From contig NZ_CP021983.2 of assembly GCF_002075285.3 (NCBI RefSeq), forward strand, positions 3,900,001 to 3,932,000: DNA of 32,000 bases. The letters are read 5' to 3'. Position 1 is the stretch's first letter. Every line of letters begins with the position of its first letter. Shown here in pieces: positions 17,521 through 28,944 of this stretch. Both the position numbers and the translations under genes were made by a program. Below the pieces are notes generated by a model. That model was not told where the DNA came from. It saw nothing but the letters and a program-made list of their open reading frames with translations, and ran no database searches. Source of the stretch: Halomicronema hongdechloris C2206 (GTDB lineage: Bacteria; Cyanobacteriota; Cyanobacteriia; Phormidesmidales; Phormidesmidaceae).

Positions 17521-17527
17521 ATGGCAT

Positions 17528-18352
17528 ATGCAACTGATCGATACCCACGTCCATATTAATTTCGATGCCTTTCAGGCCGATCTCGATCAGATCGCTGAGG
17601 CCTGGCGTCGTGCTGGCATTGTTCACCTGGTTCATTCCTGTGTAGATCCTCAGGAGTTTCCTGTGACTCAGGCTATTGCGAATCGCTTTCCCGAGGTGTC
17701 CTTTGCTGTGGGGCTGCATCCCCTGGATATGGATAAGTGGTGTGGCGAGGCTACATCCGGTGAGATTCGCTCCCTGGCGATGTCAGATAAGCGGGTGGTG
17801 GCCATTGGTGAGACGGGGTTGGATTTCTTTAAGGCGACGGATTACGAGGTGCAGCTGGAGGCGTTTCGAGCCCAATTGAGGTTGGCTCGAGAGCTCACTC
17901 TACCAGTGATCATTCATTGTCGCGAGGCGGCTCGGCCGATGGCTGATCTACTCTGGCGGTTCTGGCAGGAGGAGGGCCCGGTAACCGGGGTGATGCACTG
18001 CTGGGCAGGGACACCGGACGAAACTCAATGGTTTCTTGATTTAGGGTTCTATGTGAGTTTTAGCGGTATTGTCACGTTTAAGAACGCGAACACGGTGAAG
18101 GCGTCGGCCCAGATGGTGCCATGCGATCGCATCCTAGTCGAAACCGATTGCCCCTTTCTGACGCCAGAGCCATGCCGTAAAGAGCGGCGTAACCAACCCG
18201 CCTACGTCCACCATGTAGCCAACCACGTCGCTACCTTACGCGGTGTTTCTCTAGAGACCTTGGCTGCCCAAACAACTGCTAACGCCGTTCGGTTATTTAA
18301 CCTGCCGATTTCTCTATCTCAATCGGAGTTATCTACCACCCACGGCTCGTAG
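17528..18352 (+). CDS. tatD: TatD-family metal-dependent hydrolase/DNase
   Basis: 274-aa ORF. Motifs [28 protein letters not shown] and [10 protein letters not shown] are the TatD metal-ligand motifs. Confidence 0.9.
   Translation: MQLIDTHVHINFDAFQADLDQIAEAWRRAGIVHLVHSCVDPQEFPVTQAIANRFPEVSFAVGLHPLDMDKWCGEATSGEIRSLAMSDKRVVAIGETGLDFFKATDYEVQLEAFRAQLRLARELTLPVIIHCREAARPMADLLWRFWQEEGPVTGVMHCWAGTPDETQWFLDLGFYVSFSGIVTFKNANTVKASAQMVPCDRILVETDCPFLTPEPCRKERRNQPAYVHHVANHVATLRGVSLETLAAQTTANAVRLFNLPISLSQSELSTTHGS
18123..18130. repeat. HIP1 palindrome GCGATCGC
   Basis: Exact octamer read in the sequence, inside tatD. Confidence 0.95.
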
Positions 18353-18812
18353 ATTAAAGTCCATCTACGCCAGATCTGCTTGACAAATAGAGCGAAATAA
18401 GTCTGTTATGTTGAGCCATAGCGAAGGAGAACGATACACTAGAGCCATTTACCCAATACGGTGGCGCCGATTGGGCTGTTTGTACTTTAAAGATTCTCAT
18501 CTTGGTGCGCTCGGCCAGTTCCCTGCCCCCGTCTATCCCGTGACAAACTAACCCTGTGCTAAGTCAAAAAGCTAGATTTTCCAAAGATAAATCTCCCGAT
18601 TACCCAGTGCTGAACTAACTCCCCTCTAAATGCGATGGTCAAATATTGGCCCAAGCGGGCCATCGCCTCCCATATCCGAGCTGCTCCCGCCAGCTACCCA
18701 TCAACACCCAAACGCTAGGAATCAAGAGTCCGTACCCACTTGATTCCCTGCCATTAGCCAATGCGCGTGAACACAATTGATTACTCAGGGCCTTACCTGC
18801 TTGAGGAGACGC

Positions 18813-21800
18813 ATGACTGATCAGACTTATACCCCAGCCACCTTTGTTTTGCCCGATCTCGTTGAAATCCAGCGTTCCAGCTTCCGCTGGTTTCTAGAAG
18901 AAGGGTTGATCGAAGAACTTGAAAGTTTCTCCCCTATTACTGACTATACCGGTAAACTTGAGCTCCACTTCCTGGGTAAAGATTACCAACTCAAGAGCCC
19001 CAAGTATGCCGTTGACGAGGCCAAACGGCGAGACGCCACCTACGCCGTTCAGATGTATGTCCCCACCCGACTGATCAATAAAGAGACTGGGGAAATTAAG
19101 GAGCAGGAAGTCTTTATCGGCGATTTGCCCCTGATGACCGATCGCGGCACCTTCATTATCAATGGAGCCGAACGGGTCATTGTGAATCAAATTGTTCGTA
19201 GCCCAGGAGTTTACTACAAGGCTGAGACCGATAAAAACGGTCGTCGCACCTACAATGCCAACCTCATTCCCAATAGAGGAGCCTGGCTTAAATTTGAGAC
19301 CGACAAAAATGACTTAGTCTGGGTCCGTATTGATAAGACCCGCAAGTTATCAGCCCAAGTCCTCCTGAAGGCCCTAGGGCTATCGGATAACGAGATCTTC
19401 GATCAGCTACGCCATCCAGAGTACTTTCAAAAGACCATCGAGAAAGAAGGCCAGTTCAGTGAAGAAGAAGCCCTGCTAGAGCTGTACCGTAAACTGCGGC
19501 CGGGGGAACCTCCCACCGTCTCTGGCGGACAGCAACTGTTAGAGTCTCGATTCTTTGAACCCAAGCGCTACGACCTGGGGCGGGTCGGCCGCTACAAAAT
19601 CAATCGCAAGCTACACTTGAGCGTTCCCGATACTGTACGGGTCCTCACCCCCCAAGATATCCTGGCAGCCATCGATTATCTCATCAATTTAGAGTTCGAT
19701 ATTGGTAGTATCGACGACATTGATCACCTCGGTAACCGCCGCGTCCGGTCGGTCGGTGAATTACTTCAGAATCAGGTGCGGGTAGGTCTCAACCGTTTAG
19801 AGCGGATCATCCGGGAGCGCATGACAGTGTCTGACGCCGACTCCCTCACCCCCGCTTCTCTGGTCAATCCGAAGCCATTGGTCGCCGCCATCAAAGAATT
19901 CTTCGGCTCCAGCCAGCTATCCCAGTTCATGGACCAAACCAATCCCCTAGCTGAGTTGACTCACAAGCGTCGTCTCAGTGCCCTAGGTCCAGGGGGCTTA
20001 ACCCGAGAACGGGCAGGGTTTGCCGTGCGCGATATTCACCCGTCCCACTACGGTCGTATTTGCCCTATTGAGACCCCAGAAGGCCCCAATGCCGGCTTGA
20101 TCGGCTCCCTAGCCACCCATGCTCGAGTGAATGAATTCGGCTTCATTGAGACCCCCTTCCACAAAGTCGACAATGGCCGAGTCCGTAAAGATCTACCTCC
20201 CATCTACATGACAGCTGATGAGGAAGATGATCTACGGGTAGCTCCAGGGGACATTCCCACGGATGAAGCCGGCTATATTTTGGGCGATATCCCAGTACCT
20301 GTCCGCTATCGACAAGATTTCACCACGACGACTCCCGACGAAGTCGACTATGTGGCCGTCTCCCCTGTACAAATCATCTCCGTGGCCACTTCTTTGATCC
20401 CATTTATCGAACATGACGATGCTAACCGTGCCCTGATGGGCTCAAACATGCAGCGTCAAGCGGTGCCATTGCTAAAGCCTGAGCGTCCCTTGGTTGGTAC
20501 TGGTTTAGAGGCTCAAGCCGCTCGAGATTCAGGCATGGTCATCGTTAGCCTTACGGATGGTGAAGTGACCCACGTTGACGCCAATCAAATCCGTATTCGA
20601 GATGCTGAAGGCATCGAACATAAATACGTTCTCCAGAAATATCAACGGTCCAACCAAGATACCTGTCTGAATCAGCGCCCTCTTGTTTTCCATGGGGACC
20701 CGATCAAAGCCGGCCAAGTCATTGCCGATGGCTCTGCCACTGAGGGGGGGGAGATTGCCTTAGGGCAAAATATTCTAGTAGCCTATATGCCCTGGGAAGG
20801 CTATAACTACGAAGATGCCATCCTCATCAGCGAACGGCTGGTGTATGACGACGTTTACACGTCTATTCACATCGAGAAGTATGAAATTGAGGCGCGACAG
20901 ACCAAATTAGGCCCAGAGGAAATCACTCGAGAAATTCCCAACGTCGGTGAAGACTCTCTACGTCAGCTGGATGAAACCGGTATTATTCGCATCGGTGCCT
21001 GGGTAGAGGCCGGAGATATTCTCGTCGGCAAAGTAACTCCCAAGGGAGAATCTGACCAGCCCCCAGAAGAAAAGTTACTACGAGCTATTTTCGGAGAGAA
21101 GGCTCGCGATGTGCGAGATAACTCATTACGGGTACCCAACGGTGAAAAAGGTCGCGTGGTAGATGTTCGCGTGTTTACCCGTGAACAGGGTGATGAACTT
21201 CCTCCCGGGGCCAACATGGTCGTGCGAGTCTATGTTGCCCAAAAACGCAAGATCCAGGTGGGTGACAAAATGGCTGGTCGCCATGGCAACAAAGGGATTA
21301 TTTCCCGAATCCTGCCGGTTGAGGATATGCCCTACCTGCCCGATGGCACACCTATTGATATCGCCCTTAACCCCCTAGGGGTTCCTTCCAGGATGAACGT
21401 GGGTCAGGTATTCGAGTGTCTTCTAGGTTGGGCTGCAGAAAACCTGAATGCCCGTTTCAAAATCACGCCATTCGACGAAATGTATGGTGGAGAGGCATCT
21501 CGTAACAGTACCCACAACAAACTCCAGGAAGCTCGCGACACCAAAGCTCAAGATTGGGTCTTCAACCCCGAAGATCCCGGCAAGATTCAACTCTATGACG
21601 GGCGTACCGGGGAACCCTTCGATCGCCCTGTTACAGTTGGTAAGGCCTACATGCTGAAGCTGGTGCACTTGGTGGACGACAAGATCCACGCCCGTTCCAC
21701 AGGCCCTTATTCCTTAGTGACTCAGCAGCCCTTGGGTGGTAAGGCCCAGCAAGGTGGTCAGCGCTTTGGTGAGATGGAGGTGTGGGCTCTAGAAGCCTTT

Positions 21801-22115
21801 GGTGCTGCCTATACTCTGCAAGAGCTCCTAACGGTCAAATCGGATGATATGCAAGGGCGCAATGAGGCTCTCAATGCCATCGTCAAAGGCAAAGCCATCC
21901 CCAGACCTGGTACTCCCGAGTCTTTCAAGGTGCTGATGCGGGAACTACAATCCCTCTGCCTAGATGTGGCCGTGCATAAAGTAGAAACCCGTGAGGATGG
22001 TACCAGCCGAGATGTTGAAGTTGACCTAATGGCAGACGTCAGTAATCGCCGTACCCCCTCCCGTCCAACCTATGAGTCCATTACCCGGGAAGAACTAGAA
22101 GGGATTGAAGAATAG
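18813..22115 (+). CDS. rpoB: DNA-directed RNA polymerase subunit beta
   Basis: I trimmed the track ORF (18777) to the ATG at 18813, which follows a GAGGAG RBS at 18803-18808 ([11 protein letters not shown]...). Motifs [39 protein letters not shown] and [14 protein letters not shown]. About 1100 aa. Confidence 0.97.
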   Translation: MTDQTYTPATFVLPDLVEIQRSSFRWFLEEGLIEELESFSPITDYTGKLELHFLGKDYQLKSPKYAVDEAKRRDATYAVQMYVPTRLINKETGEIKEQEVFIGDLPLMTDRGTFIINGAERVIVNQIVRSPGVYYKAETDKNGRRTYNANLIPNRGAWLKFETDKNDLVWVRIDKTRKLSAQVLLKALGLSDNEIFDQLRHPEYFQKTIEKEGQFSEEEALLELYRKLRPGEPPTVSGGQQLLESRFFEPKRYDLGRVGRYKINRKLHLSVPDTVRVLTPQDILAAIDYLINLEFDIGSIDDIDHLGNRRVRSVGELLQNQVRVGLNRLERIIRERMTVSDADSLTPASLVNPKPLVAAIKEFFGSSQLSQFMDQTNPLAELTHKRRLSALGPGGLTRERAGFAVRDIHPSHYGRICPIETPEGPNAGLIGSLATHARVNEFGFIETPFHKVDNGRVRKDLPPIYMTADEEDDLRVAPGDIPTDEAGYILGDIPVPVRYRQDFTTTTPDEVDYVAVSPVQIISVATSLIPFIEHDDANRALMGSNMQRQAVPLLKPERPLVGTGLEAQAARDSGMVIVSLTDGEVTHVDANQIRIRDAEGIEHKYVLQKYQRSNQDTCLNQRPLVFHGDPIKAGQVIADGSATEGGEIALGQNILVAYMPWEGYNYEDAILISERLVYDDVYTSIHIEKYEIEARQTKLGPEEITREIPNVGEDSLRQLDETGIIRIGAWVEAGDILVGKVTPKGESDQPPEEKLLRAIFGEKARDVRDNSLRVPNGEKGRVVDVRVFTREQGDELPPGANMVVRVYVAQKRKIQVGDKMAGRHGNKGIISRILPVEDMPYLPDGTPIDIALNPLGVPSRMNVGQVFECLLGWAAENLNARFKITPFDEMYGGEASRNSTHNKLQEARDTKAQDWVFNPEDPGKIQLYDGRTGEPFDRPVTVGKAYMLKLVHLVDDKIHARSTGPYSLVTQQPLGGKAQQGGQRFGEMEVWALEAFGAAYTLQELLTVKSDDMQGRNEALNAIVKGKAIPRPGTPESFKVLMRELQSLCLDVAVHKVETREDGTSRDVEVDLMADVSNRRTPSRPTYESITREELEGIEE

Positions 22116-22226
22116 TTACTCTGCCAGGCACTAGAGGTCATACTCTGCCTATGTTGGCTCTGAGTAAACTGGCCACTAGTGCCTCCGTCCCCCATTCACT
22201 ATTTGCGTAGAAGGAAGTCAGTCAGC

Positions 22227-24143
22227 ATGCCTAAGCTCGAACAGCGGTTTGATTACGTCAAAATTGGCCTTGCTTCTCCCGAACGAATTCGCCAATGGGG
22301 CGAGCGCACTCTTCCCAATGGCATGGTAGTGGGAGAGGTGACCAAGCCGGAAACCATTAATTACCGAACTCTCAAGCCTGAGATGGATGGCTTGTTCTGT
22401 GAACGGATCTTCGGGCCAGCAAAAGACTGGGAGTGCCACTGTGGCAAATACAAGCGGGTTCGACACCGAGGCATCGTGTGTGAGCGATGTGGTGTAGAAG
22501 TTACTGAATCTCGGGTACGCCGTCATCGCATGGGCTACATCAAATTAGCTGCTCCCGTAGCTCACGTTTGGTATTTGAAAGGGATTCCTAGCTACATTGC
22601 CATCTTGCTGGATATGCCCTTGCGAGACGTTGAGCAGATCGTCTACTTCAACGCCTATGTCGTCCTAGATGCTGGTAATGCTGAAAATCTGACCTACAAG
22701 CAACTGCTGACCGAAGATCAGTGGATTGAGATTGAAGATCAGCTCTACGATGAAGAGTCCCAACTGATCGGCGTCGAAGTTGGCATTGGAGCAGAAGCCC
22801 TGCAACAGCTCCTACAGGATCTTGACTTAGAAGCAGATGCAGAGAACCTACGAGAGGAAATTGCTAACTCCAAAGGGCAAAAGCGGGCCAAATTAATTAA
22901 GCGACTGCGGGTCATCGATAACTTCATCGCTACTGGGGCAAAACCCGAATGTATGGTGCTAGATATCATCCCAGTGATTCCGCCTGATTTGCGACCGATG
23001 GTGCAGTTGGATGGAGGTCGGTTTGCAACTTCTGACCTGAATGATCTCTATCGTCGGGTGATTAATCGCAATAACCGTCTGGCCAGGTTACAAGAGATTT
23101 TGGCCCCTGAGATTATTGTCCGCAATGAGAAGCGTATGCTTCAGGAAGCTGTTGATGCCCTCATCGACAATGGTCGCCGTGGCCGTACTGTAGTCGGAGC
23201 TAACAACCGACCATTAAAATCCTTGTCAGACATCATTGAAGGTAAGCAAGGACGATTTCGGCAGAATTTGCTAGGTAAACGAGTGGACTATTCTGGGCGC
23301 TCGGTGATTGTGGTAGGTCCCAAGCTGAAAATTCATCAGTGTGGTCTGCCCCGGGAGATGGCCATTGAATTATTTCAACCATTCGTGATTCACCGCCTGA
23401 TTCGGCAGGGCCTAGTCAATAATATCAAGGCAGCTAAGAAGCTAATTCAGCGCAATGATCCTAGTGTCTGGGATGTGCTGGAAGAAGTGATTGAAAGTCA
23501 TCCGGTACTTCTAAACCGCGCTCCTACCCTACACCGCCTAGGTATTCAAGCCTTTGAGCCCATCTTAGTTGAAGGTCGAGCCATTCAACTCCATCCTCTA
23601 GTCTGTCCTGCCTTTAACGCAGACTTTGATGGTGACCAGATGGCAGTGCATGTGCCACTATCCCTGGAAGCTCAGTCAGAGGCGCGACTGCTTATGCTGG
23701 CATCTAACAATGTGCTGTCTCCAGCAACGGGAACACCTATTATTACCCCTAGCCAAGATATGGTCCTGGGATGTTACTACCTGACAGCAAATACTCCCTA
23801 TGACCAAAAAGGTGATGAGCGTTACTTTGCCAGTATGGAAGACGCCATTTTGGCCTTCGAACATGGGCTCGTCGATCTACACGCCAAAGTTTGGTTGCGG
23901 TACGACGGTCCTGTGGAGTCAGATAATTCGAATGACAAGGTCCTCGAAGAAATCAAAGCCGACGACGGTACCATCACTAAGATCTATAAGCTGCGCCGGA
24001 TACGAGAAGACGCCGAAGGGAGCGTGATATCGCAGTACATCAAAACCACGCCGGGACGGCATCATCTACAACAAAACCGTTCAAGATGCCTTAGTGAGCT
24101 AGGCAAATATGGCAAGGCGGTCATGCCAGCAATCACAGGCTGA
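22227..24143 (+). CDS. rpoC1: DNA-directed RNA polymerase subunit gamma (N-terminal half of beta-prime); 3' end apparently frameshifted
   Basis: Likely start is ATG at 22227 ([24 protein letters not shown]). Zn finger [23 protein letters not shown] and catalytic [12 protein letters not shown] are present. After TTPGR (ends 24059) the given frame reads [10 protein letters not shown]... to a TGA at 24141-24143. The +1 frame from 24061 reads [13 protein letters not shown] and stops at 24100-24102. That +1 reading is the conserved continuation and would give a ~624-aa product. Confidence 0.93.
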   Translation: MPKLEQRFDYVKIGLASPERIRQWGERTLPNGMVVGEVTKPETINYRTLKPEMDGLFCERIFGPAKDWECHCGKYKRVRHRGIVCERCGVEVTESRVRRHRMGYIKLAAPVAHVWYLKGIPSYIAILLDMPLRDVEQIVYFNAYVVLDAGNAENLTYKQLLTEDQWIEIEDQLYDEESQLIGVEVGIGAEALQQLLQDLDLEADAENLREEIANSKGQKRAKLIKRLRVIDNFIATGAKPECMVLDIIPVIPPDLRPMVQLDGGRFATSDLNDLYRRVINRNNRLARLQEILAPEIIVRNEKRMLQEAVDALIDNGRRGRTVVGANNRPLKSLSDIIEGKQGRFRQNLLGKRVDYSGRSVIVVGPKLKIHQCGLPREMAIELFQPFVIHRLIRQGLVNNIKAAKKLIQRNDPSVWDVLEEVIESHPVLLNRAPTLHRLGIQAFEPILVEGRAIQLHPLVCPAFNADFDGDQMAVHVPLSLEAQSEARLLMLASNNVLSPATGTPIITPSQDMVLGCYYLTANTPYDQKGDERYFASMEDAILAFEHGLVDLHAKVWLRYDGPVESDNSNDKVLEEIKADDGTITKIYKLRRIREDAEGSVISQYIKTTPGRHHLQQNRSRCLSELGKYGKAVMPAITG

Positions 24144-24178
24144 TTATGCAGTTACTGAATGAAGGGCGGAGAGACGCA

Positions 24179-27100
24179 ATGGCAGAGCAAGGGGCTAATC
24201 AATCGGCAGCTAAGCTGTTTAGAAATCGCACCATTGACAAGAAGCAACTCAAGAAGCTAATTTCTTGGTCATTTGCTAATTTTGGAACTGCTCGTACAGC
24301 ACAGATGGCAGATCTGATTAAGGATCTAGGCTTTCGCTACGCTACCCGAGCAGGTGTATCCATCAGCGTAGAAGATTTACAGGTACCACCAAGTAAACGC
24401 CAGCTTCTAGAGTCGGCAGAAGAAGATATTCGCATTACTGAAGAACGCTATACCCGTGGCGAAATCACCGAAGTAGAGCGTTTTCAGAAAGTCATTGACA
24501 CCTGGAATAGCACTAGTGAAGAGTTGAAGGATCAAGTGGTCAGCAATTTCAAGACCAATAATCCTTTAAACTCAGTCTACATGATGGCCTTTTCGGGGGC
24601 TCGTGGCAATATCTCTCAGGTGCGTCAGCTGGTTGGGATGCGGGGACTGATGGCTAATCCTCAAGGAGCCATTATTGACCTACCCATCAAAACCAATTTC
24701 CGAGAAGGCTTGACTGTAACGGAATACGTAATTTCCTCGTATGGTGCTCGTAAAGGGTTGGTCGATACAGCCCTACGGACAGCTGACTCTGGTTACCTCA
24801 CTCGCCGCTTAGTGGATGTGTCCCAAGATGTCATTATCCGTGAGGCTGATTGCGGCACGGAGCGAGGGATTCCCCTACGCAGTATGACCGATGGTGAACG
24901 GGTCTTAATTCCTCTAGAAGATCGGCTATTGGGTAGGGTGCTCGCCCAGGATGTGAAGCACCCCGAAACAGGAGATATCATTGCCCACCGCAACCAAGGC
25001 CTATCGACCGATATGGCCAAGCTGATCTCTAAAGCTGGTGTGGACGAGGTTATAGTACGTTCTGCCTTGACCTGTGAGGCGTCTCGCTCTGTATGCCAGA
25101 AATGCTATGGCTGGAGCTTGGCCCATTCGGAGATGGTTGACCTCGGGGAAGCCGTGGGAATTATTGCGGCCCAGTCCATCGGTGAACCAGGAACCCAGCT
25201 GACGATGCGGACGTTCCACACGGGCGGAACCTTCACAGGCGAAATGGCTCCTCAGATTCGCGCTCGCCTCGATGGAACCCTGCAGTTGCCCAAGCGCTTT
25301 CGGAGTCGGACGTTTCGCACTCGCCATGGTGATGATGCCATGGTAATTGAAGCGAACGCTGAACTCACTATTCAGGGAGACGGGAGTAGCCAAACAGAGG
25401 CCTTAGCCCAGGGTTCCATTCTCTTTGTCAAGCCAGGAGAGACAGTTAAAAAAGGGGATCTCGTAGCAGAGATGCCAAGCACAGGTCGGGTCCGCAAGGT
25501 CACAGAAAAGGCCACTAAGGACGTGACTACAGACCTATCTGGGGAGGTCAAGTTCGCTGGTCTAATCCAAGAGGAAAAGACAGATCGTCAGGGCAACATG
25601 ACTCGTTTAGCCCAACGGGGTGGATTGCTCTGGGTATTGTCAGGTGAGGTGTATAACTTGCCACCAGGGGCAGAGCCCGTCGTCAAAAATAGTGACCATG
25701 TAGAAGCCGACGGTATTTTGGCGGAAACCAGGCTGATAAGTGAGCGTGGTGGGCTAGTACGTTTGCCCCAGGAGGCTGAAGGCAATACCGTCCGAGAAGT
25801 AGAAATTATTACGGCTTCGGTGCTGTTGAATCAGGCTGCTGTCAGGATAGAAAGTGGTCAGGGGCGAGAGCATTATGTCCTTGAAACGGCCAATAATCAG
25901 CAATTTTCTCTCATTGCCACCCCAGGGACTAAGGTGACTAACAACCAGGTGGTAGCTGAGTTAGTGGATGAACGCTACCGCACCCCGACAGGCGGTATCC
26001 TTAAGTATTCCGGAGTTGAGGTCGCTAAGAAGGGGAAAGCTAAGCAGGGTTATGAGGTCGTTAAGGGAGGTACCCTGCTATGGATTCCGGAAGAGGCCCA
26101 TGAGGTCAATAAGGATATTTCTCTGCTGCTGGTTGAGGACGGCCAGTATGTTGAGGCAGGTACTGAAGTCGTAAAAGACATTTTCTGTCAGAGCAATGGG
26201 GTCGTTGAGGTTGTTCAGAAAAATGACATCCTACGAGAAGTCCTGATTAAGCCTGGAGATCTGCATATGACAGATGTCTCTGAGGACCTAATGGACAAGG
26301 AAGCTACTCTAGTACCTCCTGGAGAGCAATTGACCCCGGAATTGACCATTGAGGACCTGCGTTATGTCGAATATGTTGAAACTCCTGAAGGGCCTGCTCT
26401 GTTACTACGTCCAGTAATTGAGTTCACCATACCTGATGACCCCGATGTACCTAGTCAAGAGTCGGTGAATGATGCGGGGGGTGAGATTCGCCTGCGTGCC
26501 ATTCAGCGGATTCCTTATAAGGACGGAGAACGGGTGAAGTCGGTTGAGGGGCTGGAACTACTGCGTACTCAGTTACTACTGGAGATTGAACATGATGGAC
26601 CCCAGCTGGCTGCTGATATCGAATTAGTCCCGGATGAGTCTGATGCAGACATCATGCGGTTACAGATGGTGATCTTGGAAACATTGATCGTTCGTCGTGA
26701 TGTAATTGCAGATCAGACTCAGGGGGCTACCTTGACTCGTCTCCTAGTCAAGGATGGTCAACAAATTGAACCTGGTGCCGTTGTTGCTCGTACTGAAATC
26801 CAGTGTAAAGAAGCAGGTGAAGTTCGAGGAATCCGAGAAGGAGCTGAGGCGATTCGTCGGGTCTTGGTAGTACGGGATACTGACCAGTTTACCGTGGACT
26901 TGGCCGGCAAATCTCCCAATGTAGCTGTCGATGATTTAGTCGTCGCTGGTAGCGAAGTTGCCGATGGTATTCGCCTGGAGGAGTCGGGCCAGATTACGCG
27001 CTTGGAAGGAAATACCTTGACCATACGGATTGCTCGCCCCTATCGGGTATCGACAGGAGCTGTTTTACACATTGATGATGGTGATCTGGTCCAACGGGGT

Positions 27101-28153
27101 GACAACCTAGTGCTCTTGGTCTTCGAGCGGGCTAAGACCGGTGATATTATCCAAGGCTTGCCTCGAATTGAGGAACTCTTGGAAGCCCGTAAACCCAAAG
27201 AAGCCTGTGTGTTAGCTGAGCGATCTGGCACAGCTCAAGTGGTGTACGGAGATGATGAGACCGCTGAAATTAAAGTAATCGAAGATGATGGGGTGGTCAC
27301 AGAGTATCCCGTTAGCCCTGGTCAAAACCTGTTGGTGTCGGATGGGCAATATGTGCAGACAGCTGAGCCGTTAACGGATGGCCCAGCTAATCCTCACCAA
27401 ATTTTGGAGGTCTTCTTCCGTTTTTATCAAAGTCAGGGTCGAGGAATTCATGAAGCGGCTATGATGAGCCTGCAGAGTGTCCAAACGTTCCTGGTCAACG
27501 AGGTACAGTCTGTGTATCAGTCCCAGGGAATTGATATCTCTGATAAGCACATCGAGGTGATTGTCCGCCAGATGACTTCTAAAGCTCGGGTTGACGATGG
27601 CGGCGATACCACCATGTTGCCCGGTGAGTTGATAGAAATTTATCAGGTGGAGCAGGTCAATGAGGCCATGGCGATTACGGGAGGGGCTCCCGCCCAGTAC
27701 ACGCCAGTATTGCTAGGGATTACGAAAGCCTCCCTGAATACGGACAGCTTTATCTCAGCGGCTAGTTTTCAGGAGACCACTCGAGTGCTGACGGAGGCTG
27801 CCATTGAGGGTAAGTCAGACTGGCTGCGCGGATTGAAGGAAAATGTCATTATTGGCCGCTTGATTCCGGCTGGTACCGGCTTCAACGCCTATGAAGAGGT
27901 GATGGCAACTGATATTGACACCGCTTTTGAATCGGCGTTGCTAGACGATGATATGCCCCTTCATGACATGGTGCTGGATGATCGCACAGCTCGCACCTAT
28001 GAGCTGGAAGGGAACTTGGGAGTGCTCTCCGATGATGACATGGTTGTCGGTAATGATACGGACTCAGATACTCAGCGTCGAGCTGGGAATGGGTCAGGAA
28101 TTGCCCATGATGATGATCTGCTCATTGATGATCAGACAGAGGCTCCTGAGTAA
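24179..28153 (+). CDS. rpoC2: DNA-directed RNA polymerase subunit beta-prime (C-terminal half, cyanobacterial RpoC2)
   Basis: Likely start is ATG at 24179 (MAEQGANQ...), 5 nt after GGAGAG. The track start at 24146 is also possible. Motifs [41 protein letters not shown] (trigger loop) and [14 protein letters not shown]. There is a large insertion between the trigger-loop halves and an acidic C-terminal tail. Confidence 0.97.
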   Translation: MAEQGANQSAAKLFRNRTIDKKQLKKLISWSFANFGTARTAQMADLIKDLGFRYATRAGVSISVEDLQVPPSKRQLLESAEEDIRITEERYTRGEITEVERFQKVIDTWNSTSEELKDQVVSNFKTNNPLNSVYMMAFSGARGNISQVRQLVGMRGLMANPQGAIIDLPIKTNFREGLTVTEYVISSYGARKGLVDTALRTADSGYLTRRLVDVSQDVIIREADCGTERGIPLRSMTDGERVLIPLEDRLLGRVLAQDVKHPETGDIIAHRNQGLSTDMAKLISKAGVDEVIVRSALTCEASRSVCQKCYGWSLAHSEMVDLGEAVGIIAAQSIGEPGTQLTMRTFHTGGTFTGEMAPQIRARLDGTLQLPKRFRSRTFRTRHGDDAMVIEANAELTIQGDGSSQTEALAQGSILFVKPGETVKKGDLVAEMPSTGRVRKVTEKATKDVTTDLSGEVKFAGLIQEEKTDRQGNMTRLAQRGGLLWVLSGEVYNLPPGAEPVVKNSDHVEADGILAETRLISERGGLVRLPQEAEGNTVREVEIITASVLLNQAAVRIESGQGREHYVLETANNQQFSLIATPGTKVTNNQVVAELVDERYRTPTGGILKYSGVEVAKKGKAKQGYEVVKGGTLLWIPEEAHEVNKDISLLLVEDGQYVEAGTEVVKDIFCQSNGVVEVVQKNDILREVLIKPGDLHMTDVSEDLMDKEATLVPPGEQLTPELTIEDLRYVEYVETPEGPALLLRPVIEFTIPDDPDVPSQESVNDAGGEIRLRAIQRIPYKDGERVKSVEGLELLRTQLLLEIEHDGPQLAADIELVPDESDADIMRLQMVILETLIVRRDVIADQTQGATLTRLLVKDGQQIEPGAVVARTEIQCKEAGEVRGIREGAEAIRRVLVVRDTDQFTVDLAGKSPNVAVDDLVVAGSEVADGIRLEESGQITRLEGNTLTIRIARPYRVSTGAVLHIDDGDLVQRGDNLVLLVFERAKTGDIIQGLPRIEELLEARKPKEACVLAERSGTAQVVYGDDETAEIKVIEDDGVVTEYPVSPGQNLLVSDGQYVQTAEPLTDGPANPHQILEVFFRFYQSQGRGIHEAAMMSLQSVQTFLVNEVQSVYQSQGIDISDKHIEVIVRQMTSKARVDDGGDTTMLPGELIEIYQVEQVNEAMAITGGAPAQYTPVLLGITKASLNTDSFISAASFQETTRVLTEAAIEGKSDWLRGLKENVIIGRLIPAGTGFNAYEEVMATDIDTAFESALLDDDMPLHDMVLDDRTARTYELEGNLGVLSDDDMVVGNDTDSDTQRRAGNGSGIAHDDDLLIDDQTEAPE

Positions 28154-28178
28154 CTCTTAGGCCTTTGAGGTGGCCACT

Positions 28179-28215
28179 GTAGGCCCTCTGTCGCAGGCGG
28201 GGGGCCTGCTTTTAT
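28179..28215 (+). terminator. Probable intrinsic terminator of the rpoB-rpoC1-rpoC2 operon
   Basis: GC-rich stem from 28179-28190 pairing with 28198-28209. The core is AGGCCC/GGGCCT, extended by G-C and G-U pairs, with a ~7-nt loop. TTTTAT (28210-28215) follows immediately. The structure starts 26 nt after the rpoC2 stop. Confidence 0.6.
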
Positions 28216-28405
28216 GGCATCAGCTAGTTACTTGAGACATTGCCAATCGATTCCCTGCTAATACCAGCTCTCTAGTTTCGAGCTACACTTCTAGGCCTAG
28301 GGAGCAAAATTTGTAGCTGTCAGGCAAAGAATTGGTATCAGTCTGGAAAGATTTAAGTGACTCGCCATCATAGTCAAGCTTGGTGGCAATGACCACGGTA
28401 TATGA

Positions 28406-28930
28406 TTAGGCGACGAACTGACAGCGTTCGAACCGCAACATCATAGCGTCGAGGAGGGCGGCATCACCGAAGCCAAAATCACGACGGACGCCAAAACCAC
28501 CGGCTATCCAGGACTGCTGCCAAGGGAGTTGCCAGTACCATAGGGCGGGCAGATGACCAGGTGGTGCCTCTAGGTCGAAGGTTAGCCGGGAGTAGGGTTT
28601 ACAAAAGGCCAGGGGCGACTTATCAGAGAGGAGCCAGCCGATAGTGTGGCTGAAACGCAGGGCTTTGGGGGAAATGGCATGGCGATAAATCTGATGTTGC
28701 ACTGAGAAGCCAAACTGACCACCGCTGTACTGGGTCCAGAGATAATCGAGTTGATGCAGTAGGTGGCAAGGCAGATGGGCAACTGCAGCGGTATCTAGCC
28801 AGCCTTCCTGGACTCGATTAGCAGCTTGTAGAAGGACATCGCAGGTGGCTTGGTCGGCAGCCTGCCAAGCGGATTGGGCTAACAGTTGGGTCAGATCTTC
28901 GTAACTCCAATCGAGGGTAACAGCTTGCAT
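28406..28930 (-). CDS. GUN4-domain protein (core domain only)
   Basis: 174-aa ORF. Motifs WQAADQAT, LPCHLLHQLDYLW, GGQFGFSVQHQIY and FDLEAPPGHLP match the GUN4 porphyrin-binding domain. It is a clear paralogue of the C-terminus of the upstream gene. Confidence 0.8.
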   Translation of the reverse strand: MQAVTLDWSYEDLTQLLAQSAWQAADQATCDVLLQAANRVQEGWLDTAAVAHLPCHLLHQLDYLWTQYSGGQFGFSVQHQIYRHAISPKALRFSHTIGWLLSDKSPLAFCKPYSRLTFDLEAPPGHLPALWYWQLPWQQSWIAGGFGVRRDFGFGDAALLDAMMLRFERCQFVA

Positions 28931-28944
28931 GGGCAGTGTTAGGC

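Noticed and set aside
25230-27130. Very large insertion (~630 aa) in rpoC2 between the trigger-loop halves (after TFHTGG and before [17 protein letters not shown]).
   Set aside because: This is the known lineage-specific insertion of cyanobacterial and chloroplast beta-prime. It is not a mobile element, an intein or a novel domain fusion.
22227-28153. beta-prime is encoded as two separate genes.
   Set aside because: The rpoC1/rpoC2 split is the normal cyanobacterial arrangement and not a pseudogenisation. Only the small 3' frameshift in rpoC1 is reported as a finding.
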